A program made the position numbers and the translations under genes. 60,000 nt of DNA from Botryllus schlosseri. Lineage: Eukaryota. The stretch spans positions 26,786,001-26,846,000 of the forward strand of contig CM119372.1 in assembly GCA_051294905.1 (NCBI GenBank). Direction: 5' to 3'. The stretch's first letter is position 1, and every line of letters begins with the position of its first letter. The notes under the pieces are model-generated. The model searched no databases, was not told where the DNA came from, and was given only the letters and a program-made list of their open reading frames with translations. This document shows, piece by piece, positions 13,030-24,795 of this stretch.

Positions 13030-14812
13030 TTGAGGCTGTAGGAAAGACCGGTATTTCAACTCATATTTATACCCTAAAACACTAGAAGTGTGTCATAATG
13101 ATTATTTGAGCCAGTCTAATTTTTTCACAAGTCGATCAGCACCAACGACCACAGACTACAAGGCAGCTGCTGCCGAGGGTGTCTGGGCATTCCATACTGC
13201 AAACACCAGTAATCATTCCGCACCAACGATTGCACATCGAAATTATTCTAAGCAATATTCCCCCATTCCAACATAGCATAGAAGTTTGCTTCGGCAAGCA
13301 CCTAGACTACAAGCATTGTTACTGGAGTTCTTGCTCCATCTAAACTTGATGTACAGCCTTTTTCCATCATGGTTGATGCCATAAATCACAACGAGGTGAA
13401 GAAGTTTAGTTTATCACCCCACCTGGGGGCCCAAGATCAACGTGTTTTTGGGGGGCTGACGAAGTCCTGTTTCGGCCCCGAGTAAAGGTAAACCTAGACC
13501 TGAGCTGTCGTGAGATCCATGAAGCACCTCATATAACAAGGAGTCGCTGGACCAGGTTGTTTCTGGAATGTGATATGCCACGGCTCGTATAAATACAACG
13601 TATGTACAATAACGGTTTTTAATGCTTATCTAATTTTTCGACTGTCCTTATTTTTGGGTCCATGTCGATGGCAACCCTGCGCATAGATGTATTTTTAAAT
13701 GTGAAACACCGGTTTCTGTACTTGCGCCAGATATTATCTCAAAAACAAGTTATACAAACACAAACATCCCTATCAGACGGATTTGGTTCTTATATAACAA
13801 TAAGGATATTAATTGTATAAATTTGTAAATGTGAATGTAAATAGTTGATTTGTTGACTATGCACAATTCGCTGACTTCTTACATGCAGTGTGTTTCGTTC
13901 GAGCTATTGTTTGAGAAAGGTCGCAGCAGAGAGTCACTAAAGATTCACCAAAGGAAAGCTGAATATTCTGATAACTTCCGAGCAAATAATTTTTGAAATT
14001 GCCAAGGTATGTGTGCTCGTTTAGTGCTGAGTTTCTTTTCATGCTGCCAGCACCATGCGGAGAGTGGTCCGAGGTCGAAAAGCAAAGAATTTAAACCAAA
14101 GGCGGTATAATGACGTGAAGAATTGTAATACATAATAAAGGTTCAAACTGCAGAACCTACCAAGGTTCGTTTGTGGACGTGAACCTACAAATATCTGAGG
14201 TTCACACACAAATATCTGAGGTTCACACGCAGAACGCGAACGTGAACCTCACGTTCGCAATATCCCTACTTTAGGCATTTCGAATGGCTCCTTAGTTGAG
14301 AACCTCTGGTTTATCCTTTTCAGTTTTTACCGAAATATAGATAATATTTCACTGGTGCGACGACCATTGAGATAAATCGGTCCATCTCCATTACTCTAGT
14401 TATGTATGTGTGTAGTATGACGCATAGTAATTATGTAATACATTGGAAATGAGCGTAACGAATTGCAGGAGTGTTGCTCCTTAAAGAAGCAGTTGAGCGT
14501 GCCGTTGTGAGATATAGAAAACCAATATAGCGGCGGGTTTATTAGCAAAGCCTTTGTACGGTAGACTATCTTTCTAGATTGTGATGTCAGCCTCGTTTCA
14601 GTGTTGTACAGCGATCGTCTTCATCGTAACCGATAGCTGTTCAAACTCATAGGGCGTAAAATTACAGAACGCAGGTAACATTATGTCCAGTTGGACAAAT
14701 TAGTTGTAACAGCGCCGTAGCAACAGGTTGCTCCTAGTATGGTCGACTATGCAGACATCACTGTGCATAGCAAATAATTGCCGCCCGAATGTTATCGAAT
14801 GCATCATGACTG

Positions 14813-16713
14813 CAGACATGGGGTAATCGCGATTAGTAATCGTAATCGATTACGAGGATTACAGCATTTTCAAGTAATCGTAATCGCAATTGATTACATT
14901 CGAAAAAAATTCCGAAGTAATCGTAATCGTAATCGACTACTTCCTATATTTAATCGATTTCTTTGTGAAAGAACGATTACTTTCTATTTGTACAATGACT
15001 ATGACATAAACTGAACATTCGTGAACAAGGAAGATATATTAAATTATACCAGATTAGTGATCAGATAGCACAAACGTTCAAGTTTCAAACGCCACTGCTC
15101 ATTATTACGTCAGAAGTATTAGTTTTGCTCGTCATTGCGTCAAAAGTATCCAGGCCACACATGGTAAATGGATATTCGAAGTACACATTGTACATCGTAT
15201 TGTGATTGTAAGAACACCCGCCGTGCCGTAGGCTATATCACTCCAGCTCCGGACGCCACTACCTCGCAGGAGGATATTAATTACCACTCAGCGTATAGTT
15301 TCATATAGTAGCTTATGTCATTTTTTGAAGTTTGGTTATACTGAGTGAAACGCAGTCTGATCGTTGATGGTTGACCAGTAGTAGACCTATGTATAGTACG
15401 TACGTACGTCGTACGTTCACCGAACAACGATTTAAAATTTTGTACCCGTCGAATAATACGGTACGGTTCCCACAACGAAGCTTAAAAAATCAACAGCTGC
15501 TTATATGTATCATAACCGAGCCTTTATTTGCCGTTTCTCGTACCGGCAGCTTGCAGTATCTGTAGTAAGTTGAACGCAAAATTTTATATTCACTTTAGCT
15601 TATTCTCATACGACTCTACTTGAAACGGGCGCCAATCGTTTTTTCACAATTCTTAACTCAACATTTGGACCTGTCGCCATAGCCACCCGCTTATATACCA
15701 ATATTAGCGTGGATTGTAGCTAGAATCAGGACCAAAACAGCAATTCGCCCTAACATCAATCGTTGGTCTTGGGTCCCCAGGGTGGTCAATTTTCAAGTTG
15801 AATATTGAATTTCGTCGATAATGTTGGTATTTGCACTATTATATTACTGTTGATTTTTAATCCTATATCAGCCCCCGATGGTCAGATTTACTTGTATACC
15901 TCGGGGCACGTAATTCATAATTATAACATCTGGTATGTTGTTATATTTACTTCATTGTTTGTTGTAAATTCGTGACCTCCGGTATGTTATATAATCAAAA
16001 GATATTGTATTCTTTACTCCTCTGTGGGTGCCCAGGGTGGCATTTTCTTTGTGGGCTCAGATTTGAAGGACAGGACTATTTCGGTCAAGGTATTTCTTTA
16101 ATAGCACACTTCGTGGAGTCGCATGTTAGCCGAAACTGCATGTCTTTTGGTGTGTCGTGGCGTGGTAATTACTGGTACCGAAATGCTTATTCCTATAAAT
16201 TATGCATGCTTTTTTTCTTGAAGGGAAGAGGCATGCATTTCAAAATCAAGGTATTTAAAGACTTTAAGTATTTAAATCGCGAAGCTCAAAGAAAATTTTC
16301 GAGGTAATTAAATCTTTCGAAAATACTTTAAAATTTATGTTGGTTTACTTTTGAGTCCCCTTCGGGCTCGCTTCCACCCTGTTGGGCAGTTTGGGTGCGG
16401 CAGTTACGGACCTGGCAAGAATGCAAATCGTTGGGTGCGATAAATCGTCCCCCATAACGTTGGGCAATGAGTACATTATGATGTAACAATCAAATGACGC
16501 ATCTTTTGTAAAGAAAATTGTTATCTCATCGCAATCCTTATATTTTCTTCTAATACATCTTCAAAGATTAGTTCTAAGAAGCAAAATAAATGTAATCGTG
16601 AGTTATCGTGATTACTTTTCCAATGTAATCGTAATCGACTACTTCCTGATGTTGCTGTAATCGTAATCGTAATCGCAATCGATTGCATTCATGAAGTAAT
16701 CATCCCATGTCTG
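14813..16713 (+). mobile_element. Non-autonomous hAT element, (GTAATC)n family, copy A3
   Basis: Both CAGACATGGG TIRs and full internal homology to A1/A2; no matching TSD (catgactg vs atcaatag). Confidence 0.9.
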
Positions 16714-17209
16714 ATCAATAGCTCATGTAGCAAATATTCGTGCCGATATCTAGTAAAGATTATGATATTTCTGTTGATTTTCGGCGATGCTGACTGCAGT
16801 CAGATTTCTATTGCGATCTACGATATATATCAGGACTTCGAAAAGTATATTATCAATTTGCAGTACTCACGAGGTGCAGTATCTGTTTCTCCGGCGTAAT
16901 TGAAATAGCGTGACGCAACGTAGTGTTTTGGAAGCCGTCAGTTTATTGTGCAAAGCGGATGAACAATACTTAAAATCAGCTGAATTTTTGGAACGTCATA
17001 CTACCACTTTCTATGGCAGTGGTTCTCATCCCGGGGTCCAAGGATCCCTTGGGAGTCCTTGATTAAGCATTTGGGAGTCCTTGGTTTCCTTGATGAATTT
17101 TGGGAAATAGCGACAAGCGATTTTTTTTACTGTCATTTCTCTCTTTAAAGAGCTTCTTGGAGGTACAGAACTTCAATATACAATTGAATAGTATATTCAT
17201 ATTGAAATG

Positions 17210-17253
17210 AACCCGAATATTTTCGGCTGACACTCGTCAGGGGTAATCGTCAG
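17210..17253 (-). ncRNA. Minimal type I hammerhead ribozyme (intact core)
   Basis: ACCC-CUGACGA-G(UGUCAGC)C-GAAA-AUAU-UC-GGGU: complete core, 4-bp stem I, palindromic stem III AAUAUU. Confidence 0.75.
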
Positions 17254-17272
17254 GAACTATTCTCAACTAGTT

Positions 17273-17316
17273 GCTGACGATTACCCGTGACGAGTGTCAG
17301 CCGAAAATATTCGGGT
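17273..17316 (+). ncRNA. Hammerhead ribozyme copy with a core mutation (C3 to G), probably inactive
   Basis: gctgacgattaccc-GTGACGA-gtgtcagcc-GAAA-atat-TC-gggt. Confidence 0.65.
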
Positions 17317-17980
17317 TCATTTCAATATGAATATACTATTCAATTCTCTCTTTAAATGCACATGTGTCAAGCTCGAGCACGCCAAAATAAACTGTGAACG
17401 GTATCGGTTTGCGTTAAAATAAATCTATGCTGCTGCCTACAATGTGTACACTGTATATTGACGTCACACTAAAATACTACTTCTACCACAACGCATGTCT
17501 ATTACAGTCAGATCAGCTCTATTACATGATAGAAAGCATGCGGTTTAGTTTCGTAGAGGCAATAACAGCTACCTATTTAAATTTGCCCAAGTTGAATAAG
17601 TTTCGGTCCTACAATTTTACTCACTTTAAAAAAATTCGTAGCTCCGGGAGAAACCGCTTGGCGAAGGGTGACCAAGTGCTAAAAGTGCGAGGTTCAACTC
17701 CCGCTACGAACATCTGGCCATTTTCCTCTGCTGTGCAGATACAACAGGTCAGTCCTCGGCCAATGTTGTCTTTATTTATATATTTTCGCGCAATTTTTTT
17801 TTATAATTTCTTTATTTGAGTATTATGTCGATGGTGTATTCAACTTTTGTTCTTTATTTCGTTTTGAAGTTCTTTCTTTCTTCTTCTTCAACAACAACAA
17901 TTTTACACAGTGCAGTAGTTGAGTAGCATAATTGCTAAAACTGTCAATAGTATGCAGTGGTGACTTTTGGGATGGGCGAG

Positions 17981-18710
17981 AGTAGTGTAGTAGATCGATC
18001 GTGACCTGGCAGGGGCTCTTATGGGCGCGGCGGCACGGTGCCGTGAAAACTCGTGGTGGCACGGTGACCCTTATCTCTTATGGGTGCGGTCGCACGGTGC
18101 CATTGTGTCTTATGGCGGGGGTCGCATGGTTACCTTTTCGGGTATAGGCTGCGGTGGCACGGTGCCGTGAAAACTCGTGGTGGCATGGTTACCTTTTCGG
18201 GTATAGGCGCGGTGACATGGTGACCTTTCAGGTAGAGATGATTTGACTAACGTTGTGGGTATAGGCGGCGGCGGCACGGTGATGAATATGTATCAAGTAA
18301 ACAGTCACGTGATTGGTTCTTAGTTATTGTGTATATCACAAATTATTATGTATGACCAATTTGAAGCAATCCCAACGTTTACGGTGAGTGCGACAATGAT
18401 ATATTGTTATTCTTATGGCGGGGGTCGCAAGCGGCTCTTGTGTCTTATGGCGGGGGTGGCAAGCGGCTATTGTGTTTTGTGGTCGCACGGTAACCGTTTT
18501 CAGCATAGGGAACGGTCGCACGCGGCTTCGTTGTTGGTATGTCGTACTTCGTGTTGAATATGTATCAAGTAAATAGTCATGTGATTGGTCCTTAGTTAAT
18601 GTGTATATTCCAAATTACGGCGAGTACGACAATGATATATCGTTATTCTTATGGACGCGGCGATGATTCGTACTTTCGGGTATAGGCAGCGGGTGGAATG
18701 TCGTACTTTC
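17981..18710. repeat. GC-rich complex tandem repeat starting AGTAGT; candidate terminal region of a Polinton/Maverick-like element
   Basis: Shuffled subunits cacggtgccgtgaaaactcgtggtggca, ttttcgggtataggc and ttatggcgggggtcgca, plus an AT-rich direct repeat at ~18282-18418 / 18555-18654. No partner terminus found in the window. Confidence 0.45.
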
Positions 18711-18714
18711 AACA

Positions 18715-21700
18715 AAAAAAAGGTGTGAAAATAGTTTGCAGAATCTAGGAATCACTAGCAAGGTAATATTTGGTAATTAGTTTACCAGAGAGCCGGCGTA
18801 GACGGTGATTCCAATACCAACAATAGCCGCGTTCACATACTAACACTCCAAATAGGTGTGAAATAGTTTGCAAAACCCCGCGAGCGCTGACAAGATAATG
18901 TCTCGGACATAACCATCTTTCGCAGCTTCGTGTTACAGGCAATCGATCGCTCACGCGGTGAAATTTTCGTAAGCAGTTTGTCACAGAACTTGATTTCACT
19001 CGTAAAGATTTAATAAGTAACGAATAACAGACCGCCAGTGTCGGTAACTTGAATAGCGACAAATTATCACTTATTTCTACTCTAACCCTGATCCTTTGTG
19101 AAGCGTACGCTTATTCAAAAAGGTGCGAAATAATTCTAAAATCCTACGATCGCTCACAAGATAACACCTATAAGACATAACCATCTCTCGTGACTTGTGG
19201 TTACATACATCGCAATCGCTACAATGTAATATGTTGGTAGTTTGGTGCAGAACTGGATTTCACGAGTCTGATATAATAAGAATATTACCTATTAAGTAAT
19301 AAGCACCGAATAACAGAACCGTCGCAGACGGTGACTTGAATATCCAAGATTTGATACTTTTCGCGATCGCTATATGTTTCACGTTGACTTTGGTTGCGTG
19401 ATGCGAATCATGAGAATATTCAATCAATGTGTCAATTTGTCAACTTGAAATGAAACTCACTACACAAACCAAGTTGATTCGTATTTGAATGTGTTGATCC
19501 GGTACAACTCTAATCCTTTGAGAAATCCATTTACCGCGATCAGTTGATTCGAACGTAACTTGAATATTGCTGACTCCAACTTCAATCGCATCGAATTATT
19601 CACACATTCCTCGCTGCTGTTTCATACCTATAGAATCAATACCAACTAACTAAACAAGAATCAAGAATAACAAGTATGCACATACAATAATTGTATTTAT
19701 TACTGAGAAATCAAACGCTTAACAAAACCACGCAACTTATCATTTGTCAACTCTAGCATTACCAAAAAATCCAGGTATTGTTGATTGAGAATCCTTGAGA
19801 CCTTATTATTAAGAATGTTATAGTGCGGCGTCGGAATCCATTCGCGGGATGTACTAAAGGTAAATTTGGGTAATCCAAAATGAAATATCTCGACTTTGAC
19901 ATAGTCTGAATTAAAATAGATTGACAAACATAACTACCAACTTTCACCCAGTCACATTTCGAAATTATACGCATATTGATTTGAGTAATGAAATATTACA
20001 ACTATATTCGCGATCGGACTTTCCGTTTGGCAAAGATAGTTTGAGAAATACTATCACTATGACATCTCAACATTTTAACATCTTGCCATACACAAAAGAG
20101 TAGAATACAAAAACCTTGTCAAGTCAATCCGTTTGTAACTTACCCAACCAACTCAACAGTATCCTTATGAAAAGTAGACAAGACTACGCGAGTAATCACC
20201 ACAATCCAAAATCCATAGCAAGTTCGGTTGTATTCATAGTCCGCCAACTCGTATTTTTTTATTCAACTGTAAAAGTCGTTGCTATTCTGTAACCTAAAGT
20301 AATTACTACTCGGTGCGCACAACTTGAGATTAACATATGTTTTGAGTATATGATATTTGAATGTCTGACCAACGTAGTTAAGAATTCATTTCTTACGATC
20401 GAACACCGGTGTTACATTGAAAGTTATCATGTTGTAAACATTCTTATTAACACGTTGGTTTGACATACGAGATTTTGTAATAGTCGATCACGACTTGATT
20501 ATTAAATTATGACGTAATTAGACCGGGGTTGTGTTGAAAGTTATTACGATATCAACAAACTTTTCAGAAACATTGTCATTAACATGTTGATTTGTAAAAC
20601 TAGGCTTACATGTGCGAAATGTTCTTGATTTGAAAGATATTCCATGTTGGTACAAATCACTCTGTGCATTACGGATATCAGAAAATATTTTTACAAATGT
20701 AATTGTTTCCAGTGACCAAGACTAAAGATGAAACAACAATTTCGTTATTAAAACATTGAACACCCGACGCAAAATGCTTTATTGGTCGAATTCGTGACGG
20801 CTAATTGAAACGACCACGTACAGAGTCAGTATATCATAATTTCATGTCGTTACTATTGAATCCAGCAATTGATACAATTTGTTATCGGAGTTGTGACAGG
20901 AATTGAAACATATGCACTTTACAGAGTGTTAAAATATCACTTTTGGATATCGAGCGTCGTTCGAAGCGCGCGACCAATACTCAATTACATCCACACTCTC
21001 TGTCGTAGGCGCTAAATGTAAAATCATTACAAGGTTACACTTCAAGGCTTTGATCACCACAGAAGCGATCTGGAATATCTTCAATTGGGTGCATCCTATT
21101 CTACTAGACTTGGGTAATATACAAAACTCATAGCGGTATTAAAATCGAAATATGTCCTACATTGAAATCTACATAAATCTGTTTGTATTGTCGTTCATAC
21201 TAGTGATACCGATTTGAACCGCCTAAAATAATTGTCATCATCTAACCAGACTACGAAAGTCGTTGTAATCACAAAAACAATTCGCATGCCGTTTGCTAAA
21301 TGTGTCCTATAGCTAGGCGTACTAGAATTATTTGTAAAACACACACACACGATCAGAGAAATTAGAAATCTTCCTATTGTCATTCGTCAAAGTAGATATA
21401 ATTACAGTCACTAAAAGACCTCACTTGTATGTGATTGAATCACCGACAATTAACTCGCTAAATCAATCCCTAAGAAATTACACTCACTCATCGGATATTA
21501 AACAGCGTCGCTTAATCGGTGTAGATCGTTTTCCTAAATGTAAATCATATATATCCAGCAGAAAACAATTTTCACTCGCTCGGAAATGAAACCGAGGTCT
21601 CCATTCGATATTTTGTTTGTGTCAAATACTTTGCAATGAACACATTGGAGTGGTTGAGCTTTACATCATCAAGCTGTCATTTGTAAATCAAGATTTCGGT

Positions 21701-23300
21701 CAACTTGTAAATGGGTCGCTTAACTAACCGACATTTAGTGATTGATGAACATACCAAACGATGCACATCCACCTCCGAAATACCGCGTTGATCTTAATTT
21801 CCATCATCGTGATAATCGAAGTACATTTCTTTCGAATTCGTAACAACCGACTTTTCTATGACATGATAAATTTTTGACAAGTTATGCTTAGAAGATTGGT
21901 TGCATATCTCGAAAAATAATATACCAGTCATATTGATACTGTTACTCCATTGATCGGTATTCTCGAACGGGTTGATTTTCAAACGAGTAAAATTTATTAC
22001 TTGAGTAGTTCTGCTTACTATATTTAAATGTAAACCCATCCGTCTTTCAACAACAAACAATGATAAAAAAGTACGCAATCAAACACAACAAGTTTTACTG
22101 TAGGACACTAATTATTATCCCACATAACTCATTTCTTACCGAAGGCATATGAAATATATTCATGTTACACGAAAATACTCGATATTCCCATGCTAACAAC
22201 CTGTACAATGATTGGTGGTGCTTTCAAACTGTTTCGATACCTCAAGAACTTTATTGTCTGAATGGATGTTCATGTATCTTAATAATCAAATAGTTCAACA
22301 AAGAACTAGTACGAACAGAAACATCAGAGTTGTTTACACAAAGTTTGTATGTGTACAGTTTGCGAATACCATGTGTAAGTCCAGCACAATTGCGGTAGCT
22401 ATCCGAGTGTAGTTAACACAAATCTATTACAACGAGCCACGTAAACTTTCGTGAAAGAAAAGCATACTCACTTCCCGAGGGTTCTGTCAATGTCATAACA
22501 ATAAATCAGCTACTCCAACAACAGAGTACATATGTTTTCTAGTCACGGCCCCTACATCTTTCACACAGATCAATCTAATTTGCTAACGAGAAGTGCTGAG
22601 TCATCACGTGATTGTCCTCACAACAAAACAACCAGTAGATGGAGCTGTATTAAAATTTTCCTAACCCTTTGCACACCAGTGACAAATTGTTTAGTGAATC
22701 GAGTTGTTGTTCAGCGTCAAGTCTCCATGTTGAAGCGTACATTAAAACATCGCAGTCACAATCCAATTAAAACCACGGATATATTTTCATTTCCTCACAA
22801 ACTGCCACATACAGAAAAATACATTTTATTTTCCCAAAACATACTTGTAACCAATCGCTTTCATTAAACACACAACACCATAAAAGTATTTACTTTCTAC
22901 AACATAGACATTCCGATGTAGTCAAGAAATATTTTTATTAATCAAAATAATCGACTTCTGTTTACGGTGTTACTGTGTGCATGTCATACATGCGGGGTTC
23001 GTATTAAAATGGACACGATGCGACTGAATGTAAGGAGATAGAAGTCTATCGCATAGATTTACATGTGGTCTTCGCTACGGTTTCAAAAAACGAATCATCT
23101 CTTTTGGGTTGATCGAGACCGAAAAAGTTAGTTACATGTATTCACGGTCATGATTGTGTTTGTCATATGCGAATGATAGGGTTACTGTCAAATCTACATA
23201 CAACAACCTTCTGGCACTCATAATAGCAAATTCATTCTCCCCCTTCGTAATTGTATATTCACGACAAGTATATTGTACAACTCGACAGCTACATTTAACA
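18715..23300 (-). pseudogene. Cluster of decayed, co-oriented, intronless orphan reading frames with internal paralogy
   Basis: Minus-strand frames run through sparse TGA/TAA stops (e.g. 19625 to ~19250, 20466 to ~20160, 22078 to ~21500). Diverged tandem duplicates at ~18715/18850/19115 and ~20405/20521. No homolog recognised. Confidence 0.4.
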
Positions 23301-23309
23301 AGACCAATG

Positions 23310-23800
23310 ACACCGAACCCACGACGTTTACCTATGTAAAATCACCACTTTCACTTGGTAGTCCGTCGTTTACCTGAGTAAACATATCATTTTCCTTTGG
23401 ATTTCTGACGTTTACCCAGAGTGACAATACATTTCGACTTGGAAATACATTTTCCCCCCGAGCAACAAACCATGTTCACTTGGAAATATCTTTTTTCCCT
23501 GAGTAAGAAACCATTTTCACTTGGAAATATATTTTTTCCCTGGGTAACAAACTTTTTCACTTGGAAATATATTTTTTCCCTGAGCAACAAACCATTTTCA
23601 CTCGGAAATATATTTTTTCCCTCGGCAACAAATCATTTTCACTTGGCGGTCCGTCGTTTACCTGGGTAAAATATCATTTTCCTTTGGCGATCTGGCGTTT
23701 ACCCAGTGTAACAATACATTTTTCACTTGGCCATCTAGCTTTTCCTAGAGTAACGAAACCATTTTCATTTGGAAATCTGACAAACACACCTGGCAATTTG
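23310..23800. repeat. Tandem array of about 11 units of ~41 bp
   Basis: Consensus accattttcacttggaaatatattttttccctgagcaacaa, with variant units carrying gtccgtcgtttacctgggtaa. Confidence 0.9.
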
Positions 23801-24795
23801 GTATTTGTTGTATTGACGACAGTTTGAAATAGATTACAACGAACAGTGATGGAAATATACACGGACTACTGGTTTCAGAGTATACCCGCATCAGTCGTAT
23901 CACATCAATATCATCGGTTAACCACATGCAGTATGCCCTTGTACACCGAAATGTATGTTTTGGAAAATTGGACAATAAGCTTCGATAGGTCTGTGATGTC
24001 CAGAATCAAAATGTCTGAATTAAACACCCCTCGTCGACTTTGGTAACTGGTTGGTAAACGGATAATGGTGTTCGGAAAACGGATGAATTTATGTTCCCCA
24101 ATGCGCTAACAACTCCGGGTTACTAGTGAGTTTCCTCAGGTCTGTTTACCATATTGTGTCTTTACTGGTCAATACATGTCGCCCCAGTCAGCTGAAACCG
24201 GATGACCATAAGAAAGAAAAATTTGAAATCTTTATCTTAAATTATTCCTGATTAATTAAAAATTTAAATTAACTCTACGGCTGCTTATACTTGTTAGAAT
24301 TGAACAAAATTTGGTGTGCAGCGTTTTATAGAGTAACCTGAAATTGTAATCAGTGAATCACTTAAATCCGAAAAAAAAGTTATTTTTGAACAGCCTTACT
24401 GTTACGTCCATGGTTGTAATCAAGTCACAGTGTTCTAATTCAAAAGTCTCGTATTGTAAAGTTGAACATAGGTCAACTCGAGTCACTTTCATTTTGTCAC
24501 CGAGTCAGTCTGCTGATTCCGAGTGATGCTAGGAAAGGTGGTGTCTAAGCCCAAGTCACAAATTTCGGTCTCGAGTCATCTACGGGTCACGTTTCATCAT
24601 CATGCATAGACAATGTGACGTAATAGCAGATATTCCTCCGCATGGTAGTGTTTGAAAGTGATGTGATAGTGAGGTTTAATGAGTAATTTCCGGTTTTTGG
24701 AGCAATTTTATAATCGATTTTACTTTTAATACCCGAGATAAAATCAGTTTGCACCTAAATATGAGGTTTGCCGGTTCGAAACCCTTACTATAGGC

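Larger units (their letters stand above)
9987..13679 (+). mobile_element. Internally deleted hAT (Blackjack-like) transposon
   Basis: TIR CAGGGTTGC; perfect TSD cgcataga; GTCCTTATTT subterminal repeats. Transposase remnant runs from ATG ~12666 (MSRRKNAY..CFAHC, BED-finger-like) through AAAEGVWAFHTA, SFRTNDCTSKLF, IVTGVLAP and FSIMVDA (~13160-13400). Confidence 0.88.
9692..14268. mobile_element. Old hAT-like element with GTGAAC/GCGAAC/GTTCAC subterminal repeats (outer shell of a nest)
   Basis: The motif clusters at 9700-9770 and 14140-14260; ends TAG...CCCTA; flanks match only 5/8 (cttagagc/ctttaggc), so boundaries are tentative. Confidence 0.45.
17150..17345. mobile_element. Penelope-like terminal-repeat insertion: two inverted copies of a hammerhead-bearing unit
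   Basis: Near-perfect palindrome centred at ~17263, flanked by an 11-13 bp direct repeat (tt)ctctctttaaa; the same unit occurs at 9553, 49709 and 52807-53065. Confidence 0.8.

Noticed and set aside
17638..17770. Third SINE (GGTTCAACTCCC B-box-like motif)
   Set aside because: No convincing A box, tail or second copy in the window.
18715..23300. Alternative genetic code (TGA=Trp) or mitochondrial insertion
   Set aside because: Interrupting stops include TAA and TAG as well as TGA, and no mitochondrial protein is recognisable; mutational decay is simpler.
23310..23800. Possible CRISPR array
   Set aside because: Whole units are homologous with no unique spacers, there are no cas genes, and the context is eukaryotic.
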